Source: an uncultured Flammeovirgaceae bacterium
GTDB lineage: Bacteria > Bacteroidota > Bacteroidia > Cytophagales > Cyclobacteriaceae
Reading direction: 5' to 3'
Assembly (NCBI GenBank): GCA_913050055.1
Contig: CAJXAT010000002.1
Span: forward strand, 23,633-63,632
DNA length: 40,000 bases
The notes under the pieces are model-generated. The model made no database searches. It worked only from the letters and a program-made list of their open reading frames with translations, and was not told the origin of the DNA. The translations under genes and the position numbers were made by a program. This document shows positions 17,703 through 27,622 of this stretch, piece after piece (the stretch's first letter is position 1; each line of letters starts with the position of its first letter).

Positions 17703-18805
17703 AAAAAATTAGTATTACGGCACTTTCTATGCTCTTCTTTTATGGTGCAATAGGTGAACCAAAAGACTCCCTGGATATTATGATTGGTCAAATGATTCAG
17801 ATAGGAATTACTGATTTTGGTGATGCTTCGGTGCGTAACGAATTACGTAATCTCATCAAAACCGGTAAAGTCGGTGGGGTCATCCTTTTTGAAAAAAATC
17901 TGCAAAAAGAAGATACAAAAGTGGCATTAAAAAAAATGATTGAGGAGCTCCAAAAAGAGGCCAACATCCCTTTGTTTGTTGCCATAGATGAAGAAGGAGG
18001 CTATGTGAATCGCTTGAAACCTAAATATGGCTTCCCAAAAACTGTTTCAGCTGCCTATTTGGGGGCCATGGATGACCTAGATTCAACAAAATTCTATAGT
18101 ACCCAAACCGCTCAAACTCTTAGTTCTCTTGGTTTTAATATAAACTATGCACCATCAGTAGATGTGGCCATTAACCCTAATAACCCGGTGATTGTAAAAA
18201 ATAAGCGTAGCTATTCAAAAGATCCCAAAACGGTCGCCCGACATGCGAATGCTTATATTGAAGGGCATAAACCTTTTAATGTGGCTACTGTACTGAAGCA
18301 TTTTCCAGGTCATGGTTCCTCTCAAGTAGATACGCATTTAGGCGTCGCCGACGTCTCTAATAGCTGGCAAAAAAAGGAGTTAGAACCTTATATTACATTG
18401 ATCAAAACAGGATCTGTTCAAGCCATAATGACCGCACACATTATCAACCAAAACCTAGACGAAGACCTATTTCCAGCTACACTCTCGAAGCGAATAATTA
18501 CAGACCTTCTTCGGAGAGAATTAGGATACGAAGGAGTCATTTTTAGTGATGATATGCACATGGCGGCCATTATTAAAAACTATGGCTTCAAGGAAGCCGT
18601 AGTTTTAGCCCTCAATGCAGGTATCGATTGCCTGATTTTTTCAAATAATATTTTTACTGATGATATCATTTCTGCCAAGGCCCTTCATCATCACATCAAA
18701 ACTCAAGTTTTGATGGGTACAATAGATGCAAAAAGCATCACTCAATCCTACCGCAGACTAATCAAACTAAAATCTGCACTCGGCCTGAACTCCTTAAAGT
18801 ATTGA
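17699..18805 (+). CDS. glycoside hydrolase family 3 N-terminal-domain protein (beta-N-acetylhexosaminidase, NagZ-like), exported
   Basis: 368 aa with a signal peptide. GH3 motifs are present: IDEEGG, KHFPGHG, and an FSDD-type motif (VIFSDDMHM). It has an ATGA overlap with the upstream gene. Confidence 0.75.
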   Translation: MKKISITALSMLFFYGAIGEPKDSLDIMIGQMIQIGITDFGDASVRNELRNLIKTGKVGGVILFEKNLQKEDTKVALKKMIEELQKEANIPLFVAIDEEGGYVNRLKPKYGFPKTVSAAYLGAMDDLDSTKFYSTQTAQTLSSLGFNINYAPSVDVAINPNNPVIVKNKRSYSKDPKTVARHANAYIEGHKPFNVATVLKHFPGHGSSQVDTHLGVADVSNSWQKKELEPYITLIKTGSVQAIMTAHIINQNLDEDLFPATLSKRIITDLLRRELGYEGVIFSDDMHMAAIIKNYGFKEAVVLALNAGIDCLIFSNNIFTDDIISAKALHHHIKTQVLMGTIDAKSITQSYRRLIKLKSALGLNSLKY

Positions 18806-18971
18806 CCCTCAATATTGATAGAAAAATCAAGCACCTTTATTCTAAATAATTTGGATTAAGCTGTTATTTCAAAGGATTCTATAAGAAATTTGCTAATTAA
18901 TAGTATTACTATTATTATTACAGATATAAATGACTAAGCTAGATTATTTACTACTAATAACATCGGCCAAA

Positions 18972-18997
18972 GTGAATATGCTTTGTGAATATGCTTT
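18972..18997 (+). repeat. perfect 13-bp tandem duplication GTGAATATGCTTT x2
   Basis: Read directly, in the intergenic region upstream of the bestrophin-family gene. Confidence 0.95.
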
Positions 18998-19089
18998 AAG
19001 GGGACGCCTAAAAGGTAATATTAGAGGCCTAAAAATTTTCAGTTATTGGCTATTTGAAAAAAGTCATACGAATAGCGTACTTCAAAACT

Positions 19090-19965
19090 ATGATAAAATA
19101 TAATCCTAAATCCTGGGCATCCCTCATTTTTGATGTCTACAGTAGATATGTATTTAAATCATTACTGCCTCTCATTTTATTCATGGGTATCTTTTCGACC
19201 GCTTATGTAGCCATCATCGTTGATCTTGCGCAACTCCATTATGAAAGTACAATACAATTTCATTCTATTATTGGTGTGATGCTCGGGCTGTTTCTGGTCT
19301 TCAGAATCAATACCGCTTATGATCGTTGGTGGGAAGGAAGAAAATTATGGGGAAAATTAGTCAATGATACACGTTATTTGGCCATAAAAATAAATAATAT
19401 ACTCCCTGTTGATAGAACAGCCGATCGAGAATTTTTTATTGATATGATTGCGAATATTGCTTTCGCAACCAAAGAACATCTTCGAGACAGTATTCTTGTT
19501 AGTGAATTGTCATTGCCTGATGAGACCTTAAGGAATAACGTCATCTCTAGTACGCACAGACCTAATAAATTGGCTGACGCCTTATTTGAAAGAACCAATC
19601 AGCTTTATAAGGATCAGATAATTGATGGTTACCAACTTTATATTCTAGATAAAGAATTAAAGGGTTTTGTAGATATGATAGGAGGCTGCGAACGTATCAA
19701 AACAACTCCCATTCCTTTTTCATTCAGCATGTTTATCAAGAAATTTTTGTTCATTTACTCTTTAACACTTCCGGTCAGCTTTGCTTGGCAATTTGGTTAT
19801 TGGACGACGCCTATAGTAATTCTTACTTTTTATTTTTTAGTAAGTGTCGAACTTATCTCAGAAGAAATCGAAGACCCTTTTGGGGAAGATATCAATGATT
19901 TACCCCTTGATGAAATATGTTTCAAGATCAAAAAGAACGTTGAGGAGATCATGCTCAAAAATTAA
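19090..19965 (+). CDS. bestrophin-family (UPF0187/YneE) ion channel
   Basis: The N-terminus MIKYNPKSWASLIF, the RWWEGR motif and four hydrophobic segments fit this family. I prefer ATG 19090 over the TTG at 19054 used by the track. Confidence 0.75.
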   Translation: MIKYNPKSWASLIFDVYSRYVFKSLLPLILFMGIFSTAYVAIIVDLAQLHYESTIQFHSIIGVMLGLFLVFRINTAYDRWWEGRKLWGKLVNDTRYLAIKINNILPVDRTADREFFIDMIANIAFATKEHLRDSILVSELSLPDETLRNNVISSTHRPNKLADALFERTNQLYKDQIIDGYQLYILDKELKGFVDMIGGCERIKTTPIPFSFSMFIKKFLFIYSLTLPVSFAWQFGYWTTPIVILTFYFLVSVELISEEIEDPFGEDINDLPLDEICFKIKKNVEEIMLKN

Positions 19966-20017
19966 GCTCTTTTTTGGGGTCTCGATCTTTTTGAATAATG
20001 ACTAAAGCAATATCCCT

Positions 20018-20908
20018 TTAATCTAGAGATACGTTTACATGCCTTTCAGCATGATATGATGAGCGAACTAAAGGACCCGACTCAACATATTTCAATCCCC
20101 TCCTTAAGCCTTCCTCCTTGTACTTTTCAAATTGATCCGGATGGATGAACTCTGCTACTTCAATATGCATTTTAGTGGGTTGTAGATATTGTCCCAATGT
20201 CAAAATGTGTAATCCGGCCTCCACCAAATCATCTATGGCCTTAAAAACTTCTTCTTCAGTTTCTCCAAGACCTAGCATAATCCCTGATTTGGTTCGCTTG
20301 CCCATCTTGTAAGTACGTAGAGTTTGTTCTAGGCTTCTCGCATATCTTGCCTGAGGTCTGACTCTTTTATACAATCTTTCGACCGTTTCCATATTATGAG
20401 AAACGACCTCTTGTCCTCCCTCAACCATCCGCTGTAAGGCATCCCAATTGTTCTTAACATCTGGTATTAAGGTTTCAATAGTCGTTGTTGGGCTTAGTTC
20501 TTTTACCAATTTTACCGTCTGATACCATATTTCTGCACCCCGATCTTTGAGCTCATCTCGATTGACCGAAGTAAGTACCGCATGTTTTACCCCCATGGTG
20601 GCAATGGCTTCTGCAACGCGTTGGGGCTCAGCCTCATCATATTCAAGAGGTCGTCCCGTAGCTACCGCACAGAAGGTACAACTTCGTGTGCATACATTTC
20701 CTAAAATCATGAAGGTAGCCGTTCCTGCACCCCAACATTCACCCATGTTTGGACAGTTTCCACTCTCACAAATGGTATGCAGCTTGTTTTCATCTACAAT
20801 TTTACGAACCTTCGCATAATCTTCGCCAACTGGGAGTTTTACGCGCAGCCAATTTGGTTTTTTTATGTGCTTACCAGACGCTGCTGAAATTACAGGTAAT
20901 TCTATCAT
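20018..20908 (-). CDS. lipA: lipoyl synthase
   Basis: Both Fe-S motifs are present: [12 protein letters not shown] and the radical-SAM CTRSCTFC. I set the start at internal Met ([13 protein letters not shown]...) because the track's upstream extension overlaps the preceding gene. Confidence 0.9.
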   Translation of the reverse strand: MIELPVISAASGKHIKKPNWLRVKLPVGEDYAKVRKIVDENKLHTICESGNCPNMGECWGAGTATFMILGNVCTRSCTFCAVATGRPLEYDEAEPQRVAEAIATMGVKHAVLTSVNRDELKDRGAEIWYQTVKLVKELSPTTTIETLIPDVKNNWDALQRMVEGGQEVVSHNMETVERLYKRVRPQARYARSLEQTLRTYKMGKRTKSGIMLGLGETEEEVFKAIDDLVEAGLHILTLGQYLQPTKMHIEVAEFIHPDQFEKYKEEGLRRGLKYVESGPLVRSSYHAERHVNVSLD

Positions 20909-20933
20909 TCGATTATTTAATATTAACTCAAAA

Positions 20934-21644
20934 TTAATAAATTCTCTTCCCCCAAAAGAAAGTAAAAAAAGCGGAGGTGTACAAAGCCCTATTGGGCTTG
21001 GTGGGTACAATAACTATTTGTTTAACATAACCTTCAGCCATCACACCAAACTCAATCCCAATCACATTCCTCATAAAACTGCCAAATTCAAAATCTAATG
21101 CCGCTTTAATATTGATTCCAGGGATTATTTTTGACTCCCCAAAGCCCTGTAAAAATTTACCTGAACCCTGGATGGATTGTAAATTCGTATACCTTACTGG
21201 ATCGTATACCACATATTCTCCACCAGAGGTAAGCACATAATAGGGGATGACAATACCAATGGTTGGTCCTGCGGTTATATTGGCATTAATTTGAACTCCT
21301 TTTTGACTTTCCTTTCCATATATAATTTTATCCCTCCCATATTGACCTCTAATAGCCAATAATCTATTTTGCTTTCCCCAAATGAAGGTGCTTCCATTTT
21401 GTGAGGAAGTATATTTTAGCTCACTAGGATGTGCTACGTTTACCAGCTCAAAACCGAAAGTTTCGAAAATACCCTTTTTGTGACTTCTTCCGTATCTAAA
21501 AACTGCTCCTCCAATCAAACTACTATTGGTATTGGTCGTCACTCCCCAAATAAATTCTTTTACGTATTGATCTTGGTCATCAAATTGGGAAAACCCCAAA
21601 AAGAAGCTTAAAATCATAAAAAAAGTTAGAATTCCTTTAAACAT
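20934..21644 (-). CDS. hypothetical exported protein, possibly an outer-membrane beta-barrel
   Basis: 236 aa with a signal peptide (FFLGFSQ). It has an alternating aromatic/glycine-rich composition and ends in an aromatic residue (KRIY). No family recognised. Confidence 0.5.
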   Translation of the reverse strand: MFKGILTFFMILSFFLGFSQFDDQDQYVKEFIWGVTTNTNSSLIGGAVFRYGRSHKKGIFETFGFELVNVAHPSELKYTSSQNGSTFIWGKQNRLLAIRGQYGRDKIIYGKESQKGVQINANITAGPTIGIVIPYYVLTSGGEYVVYDPVRYTNLQSIQGSGKFLQGFGESKIIPGINIKAALDFEFGSFMRNVIGIEFGVMAEGYVKQIVIVPTKPNRALYTSAFFTFFWGKRIY

Positions 21645-21690
21645 TAATCGATTTATTCTTCAGTTGTAACGTAAAGATAAAAGTTTGTAA

Positions 21691-22092
21691 ATGCAATTCA
21701 AATCGAATTATCAAGGAAGATTAAGAACTTCAATCATGCATCAAGGTTCTGGAGATCCGCTCCTTACCGATGCGCCCAAAGATAACAAAGGTCAAGGTAA
21801 AACTTTTCCACCAACCGATCTGGTGGCAGCAGCTTTAGTTAGTTGCATAGCAACCATTATGGGTATAGAAGCTGATAAAATGAATGTTAACCTTAGTGGC
21901 CTGACTTGGGAGACCACCAAAGAGATGCAAACCCATCCAAGAACCATTGGGAAGATTAAGGTACATTTTAGTTGGAAGAACTGCGAAATTTCTTTTGAAC
22001 AACATGTTTTATTAAAAAACAAAGGCCTGGCCTGCCCAGTCATGTTGGCGCTCTCACCCAACATCATTCAAGAAATTACCTTCGACTTTTAA
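21691..22092 (+). CDS. OsmC/Ohr-family peroxiredoxin-like protein
   Basis: 133 aa with the PTDLVAAALVSC and GLACPV cysteine motifs characteristic of the OsmC family. Confidence 0.7.
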   Translation: MQFKSNYQGRLRTSIMHQGSGDPLLTDAPKDNKGQGKTFPPTDLVAAALVSCIATIMGIEADKMNVNLSGLTWETTKEMQTHPRTIGKIKVHFSWKNCEISFEQHVLLKNKGLACPVMLALSPNIIQEITFDF

Positions 22093-22433
22093 TCCTCTTG
22101 AAGATAAGCCAATAACACTTGGTAATCTATACCGAAATGCGAATCATGATACGTAACCGATCCCCCTTCAACAACTAATAACTGGGGTGATTCATGGCGC
22201 ACGTCAAAATCAATGGAAATTTGATCAGAGATACGGCGGTACCTGAGCAAATCTAAAAAATAGATGGATAAATTCCTTACCTCATCCCCACGCCATTTTC
22301 GTTCGAGACGATCAAGCACCATGGCACTGGTTGAACAGCTTGTGCTGTGCTTGAATATCATCACAGGCTGCTCTTGAGACGCTTGTTTGATTTCTAGCAA
22401 TTGATCTTCATTTATTAGAGGTATCCAGTTCAT
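22089..22433 (-). CDS. ytxJ: bacillithiol-system redox protein YtxJ (thioredoxin-like, monothiol)
   Basis: 114 aa with IFKHSTSCSTS, matching the YtxJ T/S-C-x-x-S motif region. The N-terminal W..L...EQL pattern is also present. Confidence 0.75.
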   Translation of the reverse strand: MNWIPLINEDQLLEIKQASQEQPVMIFKHSTSCSTSAMVLDRLERKWRGDEVRNLSIYFLDLLRYRRISDQISIDFDVRHESPQLLVVEGGSVTYHDSHFGIDYQVLLAYLQED

Positions 22434-23095
22434 TAATTATTCCAAATTTTTCGTTCTTTTTTATCAAATTTTGCGGGGCTTACCTTCTCCTTGATCCCTT
22501 CAGGAGTACGGGTACTTGATCCCAAGTTCACCCATAATAAATTCCAATCTCTATTTTTAGAATGTAAATATCCTCCTTGTTCTGATTTTTTAATATTTAC
22601 ATCCGTGATAGTTGGAACCCTAAAGGAAGTCCAGGGCTTACTTTTTATAAATAAATCAAATGTAGACCAGCTCAAGACACTTGCATTAAAATAATTTTTT
22701 TGCCCCGATACACTTCTAATTCTACTTTTTTTAAAATCGTTTTTTTCAAACTCCACATATTTTAGACTCTTACGCAAAGCATGAGCAACCCGACTCAAAT
22801 CACTTGCATTAAAGTGATTTTTATGCCCCATTACACTTCTAATTTTGTTATTTTCAAACTCATGGCTTGTAAACTTCCCATGCTTCAACCGTTTACCCAA
22901 AACATAAGCCCCGTCACCTTCAAGAGGCCTCTTTTGATTTTTATTCCAAAAAAATATCCTGCGACCCTTTTTCTTGACCTTTATCGTTCTCAGTTTAACA
23001 TCGCTATCAGGTATTATTTGAGCCTGCCCATTAAAAGAAATACAGCACAAAAAAAATACCAATAATAAGAAAAATATGTAAGGTGACCCCTTCAA
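22433..23095 (-). CDS. hypothetical exported, highly basic protein with an internal 41-aa duplication
   Basis: 220 aa with a signal peptide. The repeats are F-x-x-x-(K/R)IRSV-x-G-x-KN-x-FNAS-x-LS. Its stop overlaps the ytxJ start by 1 nt (TAATG). Confidence 0.5.
   Translation of the reverse strand: MKGSPYIFFLLLVFFLCCISFNGQAQIIPDSDVKLRTIKVKKKGRRIFFWNKNQKRPLEGDGAYVLGKRLKHGKFTSHEFENNKIRSVMGHKNHFNASDLSRVAHALRKSLKYVEFEKNDFKKSRIRSVSGQKNYFNASVLSWSTFDLFIKSKPWTSFRVPTITDVNIKKSEQGGYLHSKNRDWNLLWVNLGSSTRTPEGIKEKVSPAKFDKKERKIWNN
22678..22861 (-). repeat. in-frame intragenic duplication (two copies 123 nt apart)
   Basis: Segments 22678-22753 and 22801-22861 share about 39 of the first 45 nt by hand alignment (cacttgcattaaa..tgcccc..tacacttctaatt...ttcaaactc). 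Confidence 0.8.
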
Positions 23096-23118
23096 AACTT
23101 TAATGTAAATTAATCAAA

Positions 23119-25086
23119 TTAATATTTTAGTAAATAATTTAACTGTTCAAGTAACCGCTGCTGGGGTAAAAAATTTTGTTCCAAGGCATTAGAAAATGGA
23201 ACAGGCGTGTCCAAACTTCCTACTCTCAAAACAGGCGCATCTAGATCTTCAAAGCAATGCGTACCTATCCAAGCGGCAATTTCTGCACCAATACCACCTG
23301 TTATGCAATCTTCGTGAAGAATCAAACTCTTGTTAGTTTTCTTTACTGATGTACTTACCGTTTCTTTATCCCAAGGCATTAAAGTACATAAATCAATTAT
23401 TTCGAGTCCATCTATCGTTTTGGATGCTTCTAATGCCCAATGTACGCCCATTCCATAAGTAATAATGGTTAATCTATCTCCTTTCAACGCTACTTGTGCC
23501 TTTCCTATTTCCATTGTATGATAGCCCTTGGCTACCGGTCCCATCAAAGATCGATACAAATATTTATGCTCAAAAAATAGGTAAGGGTTGGGGTCTTCAA
23601 TCGCCGCACACAATAAGCCCTTGGCTGCTGCTGGCGTGGATGGGTATACAATTTTCAAGCCAGGCGTATGAAAAAACCAAGCTTCATTTGATTGTGAATG
23701 AAAAGGCCCTGCATTTACACCCGCACCTGTTGGCATTCTTATCACAACGTCTGCATTTTGTGCCCATCGATAATAAGATTTTGCCAAATTATTGACAATT
23801 TGATTAAACCCACAGGTAACGAAATCTGCAAATTGCATTTCCATTACCGACTTCATGCCCGCAATACTGAGCCCCAAGGTAATCCCCACAATGGCTGATT
23901 CACATAAAGGTGTATTTCGAATCCGTAGAGATCCAAATTGTTCTAAAAATCCTTCCGAAATTTTAAAAACTCCTCCATAATCTGCAATATCCTGTCCTAA
24001 AAATACAAGCTCCTTGTGACGCTCCAAACTTTGCCGAAGACCTTCTGAAATGGCATCAACATATCTAATATCTCTGGTTTTGGGCTCTAAATCTCTATTT
24101 TTTTGAGTAAATGGTGCATAAACATCAGCGAGTTCTTGTTCCGGGTTGACCGTTAATGGCGCTTCGCTGAAGGCCTTTTTAACCGCCATATTAATCTCTT
24201 TTTTAATATCCTCTTTAAGAGTTTCTAAAACATTCGAGTCAATTCCCGACTCAATTAGGAAAGATTCATAATTGGCAATAGGATCTTTTTTTGCCCAATA
24301 ATCCATCAACTCTTTCGGAACGTATTTAGTCCCCGAAGCCTCCTCATGACCTCGCATTCTAAACGTTTTGGCCTCAAAAATGACGGGCCGAGGTCGCTCT
24401 CTTATAGAATCGCAAACCTTTTCAAGTTCATTCATGACTTCTAGGATGTTATTCCCATCTACCGAGATGGCTTCTATTCCGTAAGCTGGACCTTTCACCA
24501 AAAATGAATCAAAATTAAACTGTTGATTACTGGGAGTTGAAAGGCCATAGCCATTATTTTCGATAACAAAAATTACAGGTAAATTCCAAACAGAAGCGAC
24601 ATTAACAGCTTCATGGAAATCTCCTTGACTCGTACCCCCGTCACCTGTGAAAACAAGGGTCACCTTTTTCTTTTTTTGTATCAAGTCAGCCAATGCAATC
24701 CCATCCGCAACCCCAAGTTGTGGTCCCAAATGAGAGATCATCCCAACCAAGTGATGTTCTGTGGTACCAAAATGGAAGGAACGATCTCGCCCTTTGGTAA
24801 ATCCATTAGCTTTCCCTTGAAATTGGCTAAATAGCTTTTCTAGTGGGATTTTTCTAGTGGTAAATATCCCTAAATTTCGATGCATAGGTAAAAGGTATTC
24901 CGAATCCTTCAAGCACAAGGCAGCGCCAACACTGATGGCTTCTTGGCCAATTCCTGAAAACCATTTGGTTATTTTACCTTGCCTTAGCAGGATTAACATC
25001 TTTTCTTCCATCAAACGGGGCGTAACCAGTTCTTGGTAAATTTCGGTCAACCTACTTTTTGATCTTTTATTGGGTTCAAATTTCAT
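23119..25086 (-). CDS. 2-oxoacid (branched-chain/pyruvate-type) dehydrogenase E1 component, fused alpha and beta subunits
   Basis: 655 aa. The N-terminal half has the TPP motif GDGGTSQGDFHEAVNVASVWNLPVIFVIENNGYG. The C-terminal half is E1-beta/transketolase-like. Confidence 0.8.
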   Translation of the reverse strand: MKFEPNKRSKSRLTEIYQELVTPRLMEEKMLILLRQGKITKWFSGIGQEAISVGAALCLKDSEYLLPMHRNLGIFTTRKIPLEKLFSQFQGKANGFTKGRDRSFHFGTTEHHLVGMISHLGPQLGVADGIALADLIQKKKKVTLVFTGDGGTSQGDFHEAVNVASVWNLPVIFVIENNGYGLSTPSNQQFNFDSFLVKGPAYGIEAISVDGNNILEVMNELEKVCDSIRERPRPVIFEAKTFRMRGHEEASGTKYVPKELMDYWAKKDPIANYESFLIESGIDSNVLETLKEDIKKEINMAVKKAFSEAPLTVNPEQELADVYAPFTQKNRDLEPKTRDIRYVDAISEGLRQSLERHKELVFLGQDIADYGGVFKISEGFLEQFGSLRIRNTPLCESAIVGITLGLSIAGMKSVMEMQFADFVTCGFNQIVNNLAKSYYRWAQNADVVIRMPTGAGVNAGPFHSQSNEAWFFHTPGLKIVYPSTPAAAKGLLCAAIEDPNPYLFFEHKYLYRSLMGPVAKGYHTMEIGKAQVALKGDRLTIITYGMGVHWALEASKTIDGLEIIDLCTLMPWDKETVSTSVKKTNKSLILHEDCITGGIGAEIAAWIGTHCFEDLDAPVLRVGSLDTPVPFSNALEQNFLPQQRLLEQLNYLLKY

Positions 25087-25148
25087 GATTCAAAAAATTT
25101 CGAAAAAGACTTTGTAAAGATGGTACACTCTCATGAATTTTTAGATGT

Positions 25149-25156
25149 TATTTTTG
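25149..25156 (+). promoter_or_regulatory. candidate -7 box (TATTTTTG) for the M16 peptidase/ispF/mnmD block
   Basis: Exact TAnnTTTG match, 17 nt upstream of ATG 25173, implying a short leader. Confidence 0.3.
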
Positions 25157-25172
25157 TATTTCACAATAGCTT

Positions 25173-26402
25173 ATGATTGAATTCGAAAAATTTAAATTAA
25201 CCAATGGCCTTGAGGTAATTCTTCATCAGGACAAAACCTCTTCGTTGGTCTGTTTGAACACCCTATACAAAGTGGGCTCTAAAAATGAAGATCCTAATAA
25301 AACTGGCTTTGCCCATCTTTTTGAACACTTGATGTTTGGGGGATCCAAGCATATCCCTAATTTTGATAGCCCCTTGCAAGCTGTAGGAGGTGATAACAAT
25401 GCCTTCACAAGTAGTGACATTACCAATTATTATACTACAGTTCCTGCAAATAATATAGAAACTGGTTTCTGGCTTGAATCAGATCGGATGTTGGCATTGT
25501 CATTTGAAGAGCAAGTCCTTGAAAGAGAGAAAAATGTGGTCATTGAAGAATTTAAACAACGCTACCTAAATCAACCCTATGGAGATGTTTGGTTGAAATT
25601 GAGCCCTGCAGCCTATCAATTACACCCATATCGTTGGCCAACCATCGGAAAAGAAATTTCTCATATTAAAAATATAAATATGGAAGAGGTAAAGGCGTTT
25701 TTTGATACTTACTATGCGCCCTCCAACGCGATATTGGTCATTGCAGGTAACATTAACCTCTTAGAGGCGCAGCGACTTTGCGCCAAATGGTTTGCACCTA
25801 TTGAGGATCGAAGTGTGAACAAGCGTATCATCCCCTTGGAGCCAAAGCAGAGTCAGCATCGGCACATCGATTTAACAGCCCAAGTTCCCCAAAATGCTAT
25901 TTATAAAGCTTATCACATGCCCGGCAGGGCCAGCAAACAATATCAAGCAAATGATTTACTCTCAGATATTTTAGGCAGAGGCAAGTCTTCTATTTTACAC
26001 CAGCACGGTGTTAAAAAATCACAGATTTTTTCTTCCTCATCTTCTTACGTAACCGGAAGTATAGACCCAGGGCTTATGATTATTAGTGGTCGGCTCAGTG
26101 AAAATATTACTTTTGAGACCGCTGAAAAAACACTTGATGATGCTTTTCAAGAACTAATGACTCAACCTGCTGAATCACTCCAAAAAGTTAAAAATATGGC
26201 TACCTCGTCCATTACTTTTGGAGAGATCGATTTATTAAATAGGGCCATGAGTTTAGCTTATAACACCCATTTGGGAAATACCGATTTAGTCAATAAAGAG
26301 ATTGACATCGTTGAAGCGGTAACTGAAAAAGAAATAAGTGCTGCCATCCACAGTACCTTACTTGAATCAAATTGTACCACATTGTATTATCATAAAAATT
26401 AA
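25173..26402 (+). CDS. M16 (pitrilysin/insulinase) family zinc peptidase
   Basis: 409 aa with the inverted zinc motif HLFEHLMFGG (HxxEH). Confidence 0.8.
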   Translation: MIEFEKFKLTNGLEVILHQDKTSSLVCLNTLYKVGSKNEDPNKTGFAHLFEHLMFGGSKHIPNFDSPLQAVGGDNNAFTSSDITNYYTTVPANNIETGFWLESDRMLALSFEEQVLEREKNVVIEEFKQRYLNQPYGDVWLKLSPAAYQLHPYRWPTIGKEISHIKNINMEEVKAFFDTYYAPSNAILVIAGNINLLEAQRLCAKWFAPIEDRSVNKRIIPLEPKQSQHRHIDLTAQVPQNAIYKAYHMPGRASKQYQANDLLSDILGRGKSSILHQHGVKKSQIFSSSSSYVTGSIDPGLMIISGRLSENITFETAEKTLDDAFQELMTQPAESLQKVKNMATSSITFGEIDLLNRAMSLAYNTHLGNTDLVNKEIDIVEAVTEKEISAAIHSTLLESNCTTLYYHKN

Positions 26403-26406
26403 GTCT

Positions 26407-26892
26407 ATGAAACCTGCTATTAAAATTGGCTATGGCTATGACGTTCATCAGCTTGCCCCTCAAGTAGACTTCTGGCTGGGGGGTATCAAAATTCCCCATA
26501 CCCACGGAGCGATCGGTCATTCTGATGCAGACGTATTGATTCATGTCATTTGCGACGCGCTACTTGGGGCTGCCAACTTACGTGATATCGGCTTTCACTT
26601 TTCTGATAAAGATCCGAAATTCAAAGACATTGATAGTAAGCTATTGTTGAAAGAAGTTATGAATCTCATTGATGAAAAAGGTTATAAAATTGGAAATATT
26701 GATACCACAATATGCCTGCAAGAACCTAAGATCGGACCTTACATTGAAAATATAAAAGCTTGTCTATCTCAGGTAATGGTTCTAGATAAAGCAGATATCT
26801 CGATCAAAGCTACCACGACCGAAACCCTTGGATTTGTAGGTAAAAAAGAGGGCGTTTCCGCACACGCCGTCGTCCTTATCTATAAAGATTAA
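26407..26892 (+). CDS. ispF: 2-C-methyl-D-erythritol 2,4-cyclodiphosphate synthase
   Basis: MKPAIKIGYGYDVHQL...GHSDADVLIHVICDALLGA is present. I set the start at Met 26407, because the track start 26338 overlaps the M16 gene. Confidence 0.9.
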   Translation: MKPAIKIGYGYDVHQLAPQVDFWLGGIKIPHTHGAIGHSDADVLIHVICDALLGAANLRDIGFHFSDKDPKFKDIDSKLLLKEVMNLIDEKGYKIGNIDTTICLQEPKIGPYIENIKACLSQVMVLDKADISIKATTTETLGFVGKKEGVSAHAVVLIYKD

Positions 26893-26899
26893 AAGTAAT

Positions 26900-27586
26900 A
26901 TGATTCCTTCAAACGCTGAAAATAATGATAAAAAAGCATCTCTAAAATCGCCCAACTTAGTACTGTTTACTACTGGAGATGGTTCTTCATCCTTATTGGA
27001 TACGGAATTAAATGATTTTTATCATTCAACGAAAGGGGCCATTGGAGAATCTCTGCATGTTTACATTGAGCAAGGCCTTGACTATTTTAAAAGAATAGAT
27101 CCTTCCTGCAAGCACATTAAGATTCTCGAAATCGGATTTGGAACAGGATTGAACGCCCTACTCTCCATCAATTGGGCACAAGACAATTCATGTCTAGTTG
27201 ATTATGAAAGCCTAGAGACCCATCCCTTACCTGCAGCCATTTATACACAGTTACAATTCAAAAATTGGTCTAAAAATGTGGCCAAGATTCATCAATGTGA
27301 ATGGGGGGTTACTCATAGCATTAATAAGGTCTTTAAGCTGACCAAGTATAGCGCGTCACTTGAAAAATTCAAACAGATACACTCCTATTACGATGTGATT
27401 TTTTTTGATGCTTTTAGCCCGTCAAAACAGCCCAGTATTTGGTGCCAATCGAATTTAAAAAAATGCTTTAACTATCTCAAAAAAAATAGATTTTTGGTCA
27501 CCTACTGCGCACAAGGGCAATTCAAAAGAGATTTAATTGCGATAGGATTTGAGATCGAAACGTTACCTGGTGCCATGGGGAAATGA
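26900..27586 (+). CDS. mnmD: tRNA (5-methylaminomethyl-2-thiouridine)(34)-methyltransferase, MnmD/MnmC methyltransferase-domain type
   Basis: 228 aa with TGDGSSSL..., the SAM motif ILEIGFGTGLN, and FDAFSP.KQP.IW. Confidence 0.7.
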   Translation: MIPSNAENNDKKASLKSPNLVLFTTGDGSSSLLDTELNDFYHSTKGAIGESLHVYIEQGLDYFKRIDPSCKHIKILEIGFGTGLNALLSINWAQDNSCLVDYESLETHPLPAAIYTQLQFKNWSKNVAKIHQCEWGVTHSINKVFKLTKYSASLEKFKQIHSYYDVIFFDAFSPSKQPSIWCQSNLKKCFNYLKKNRFLVTYCAQGQFKRDLIAIGFEIETLPGAMGK

Positions 27587-27622
27587 GAAATGATTCGCGC
27601 CCAAAAAGTTAATTAGGCTGTT

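Noticed and set aside
20909-21010. N-terminal extensions of track ORFs: lipA 20909-21010, ispF 26338-26406, M23 peptidase 2389-2424, and bestrophin TTG 19054-19089
   Set aside because: The lipA, ispF and M23 extensions overlap the preceding genes; the bestrophin extension uses a weak TTG start. All four lack conserved N-terminal sequence. Internal Met codons give the family-typical N-termini.
22089-22092. Convergent OsmC-like and ytxJ genes share a palindromic TTAA as overlapping stop codons
   Set aside because: The overlap is real, but it is a trivial consequence of compact convergent genes. No hairpin or regulatory implication could be supported.
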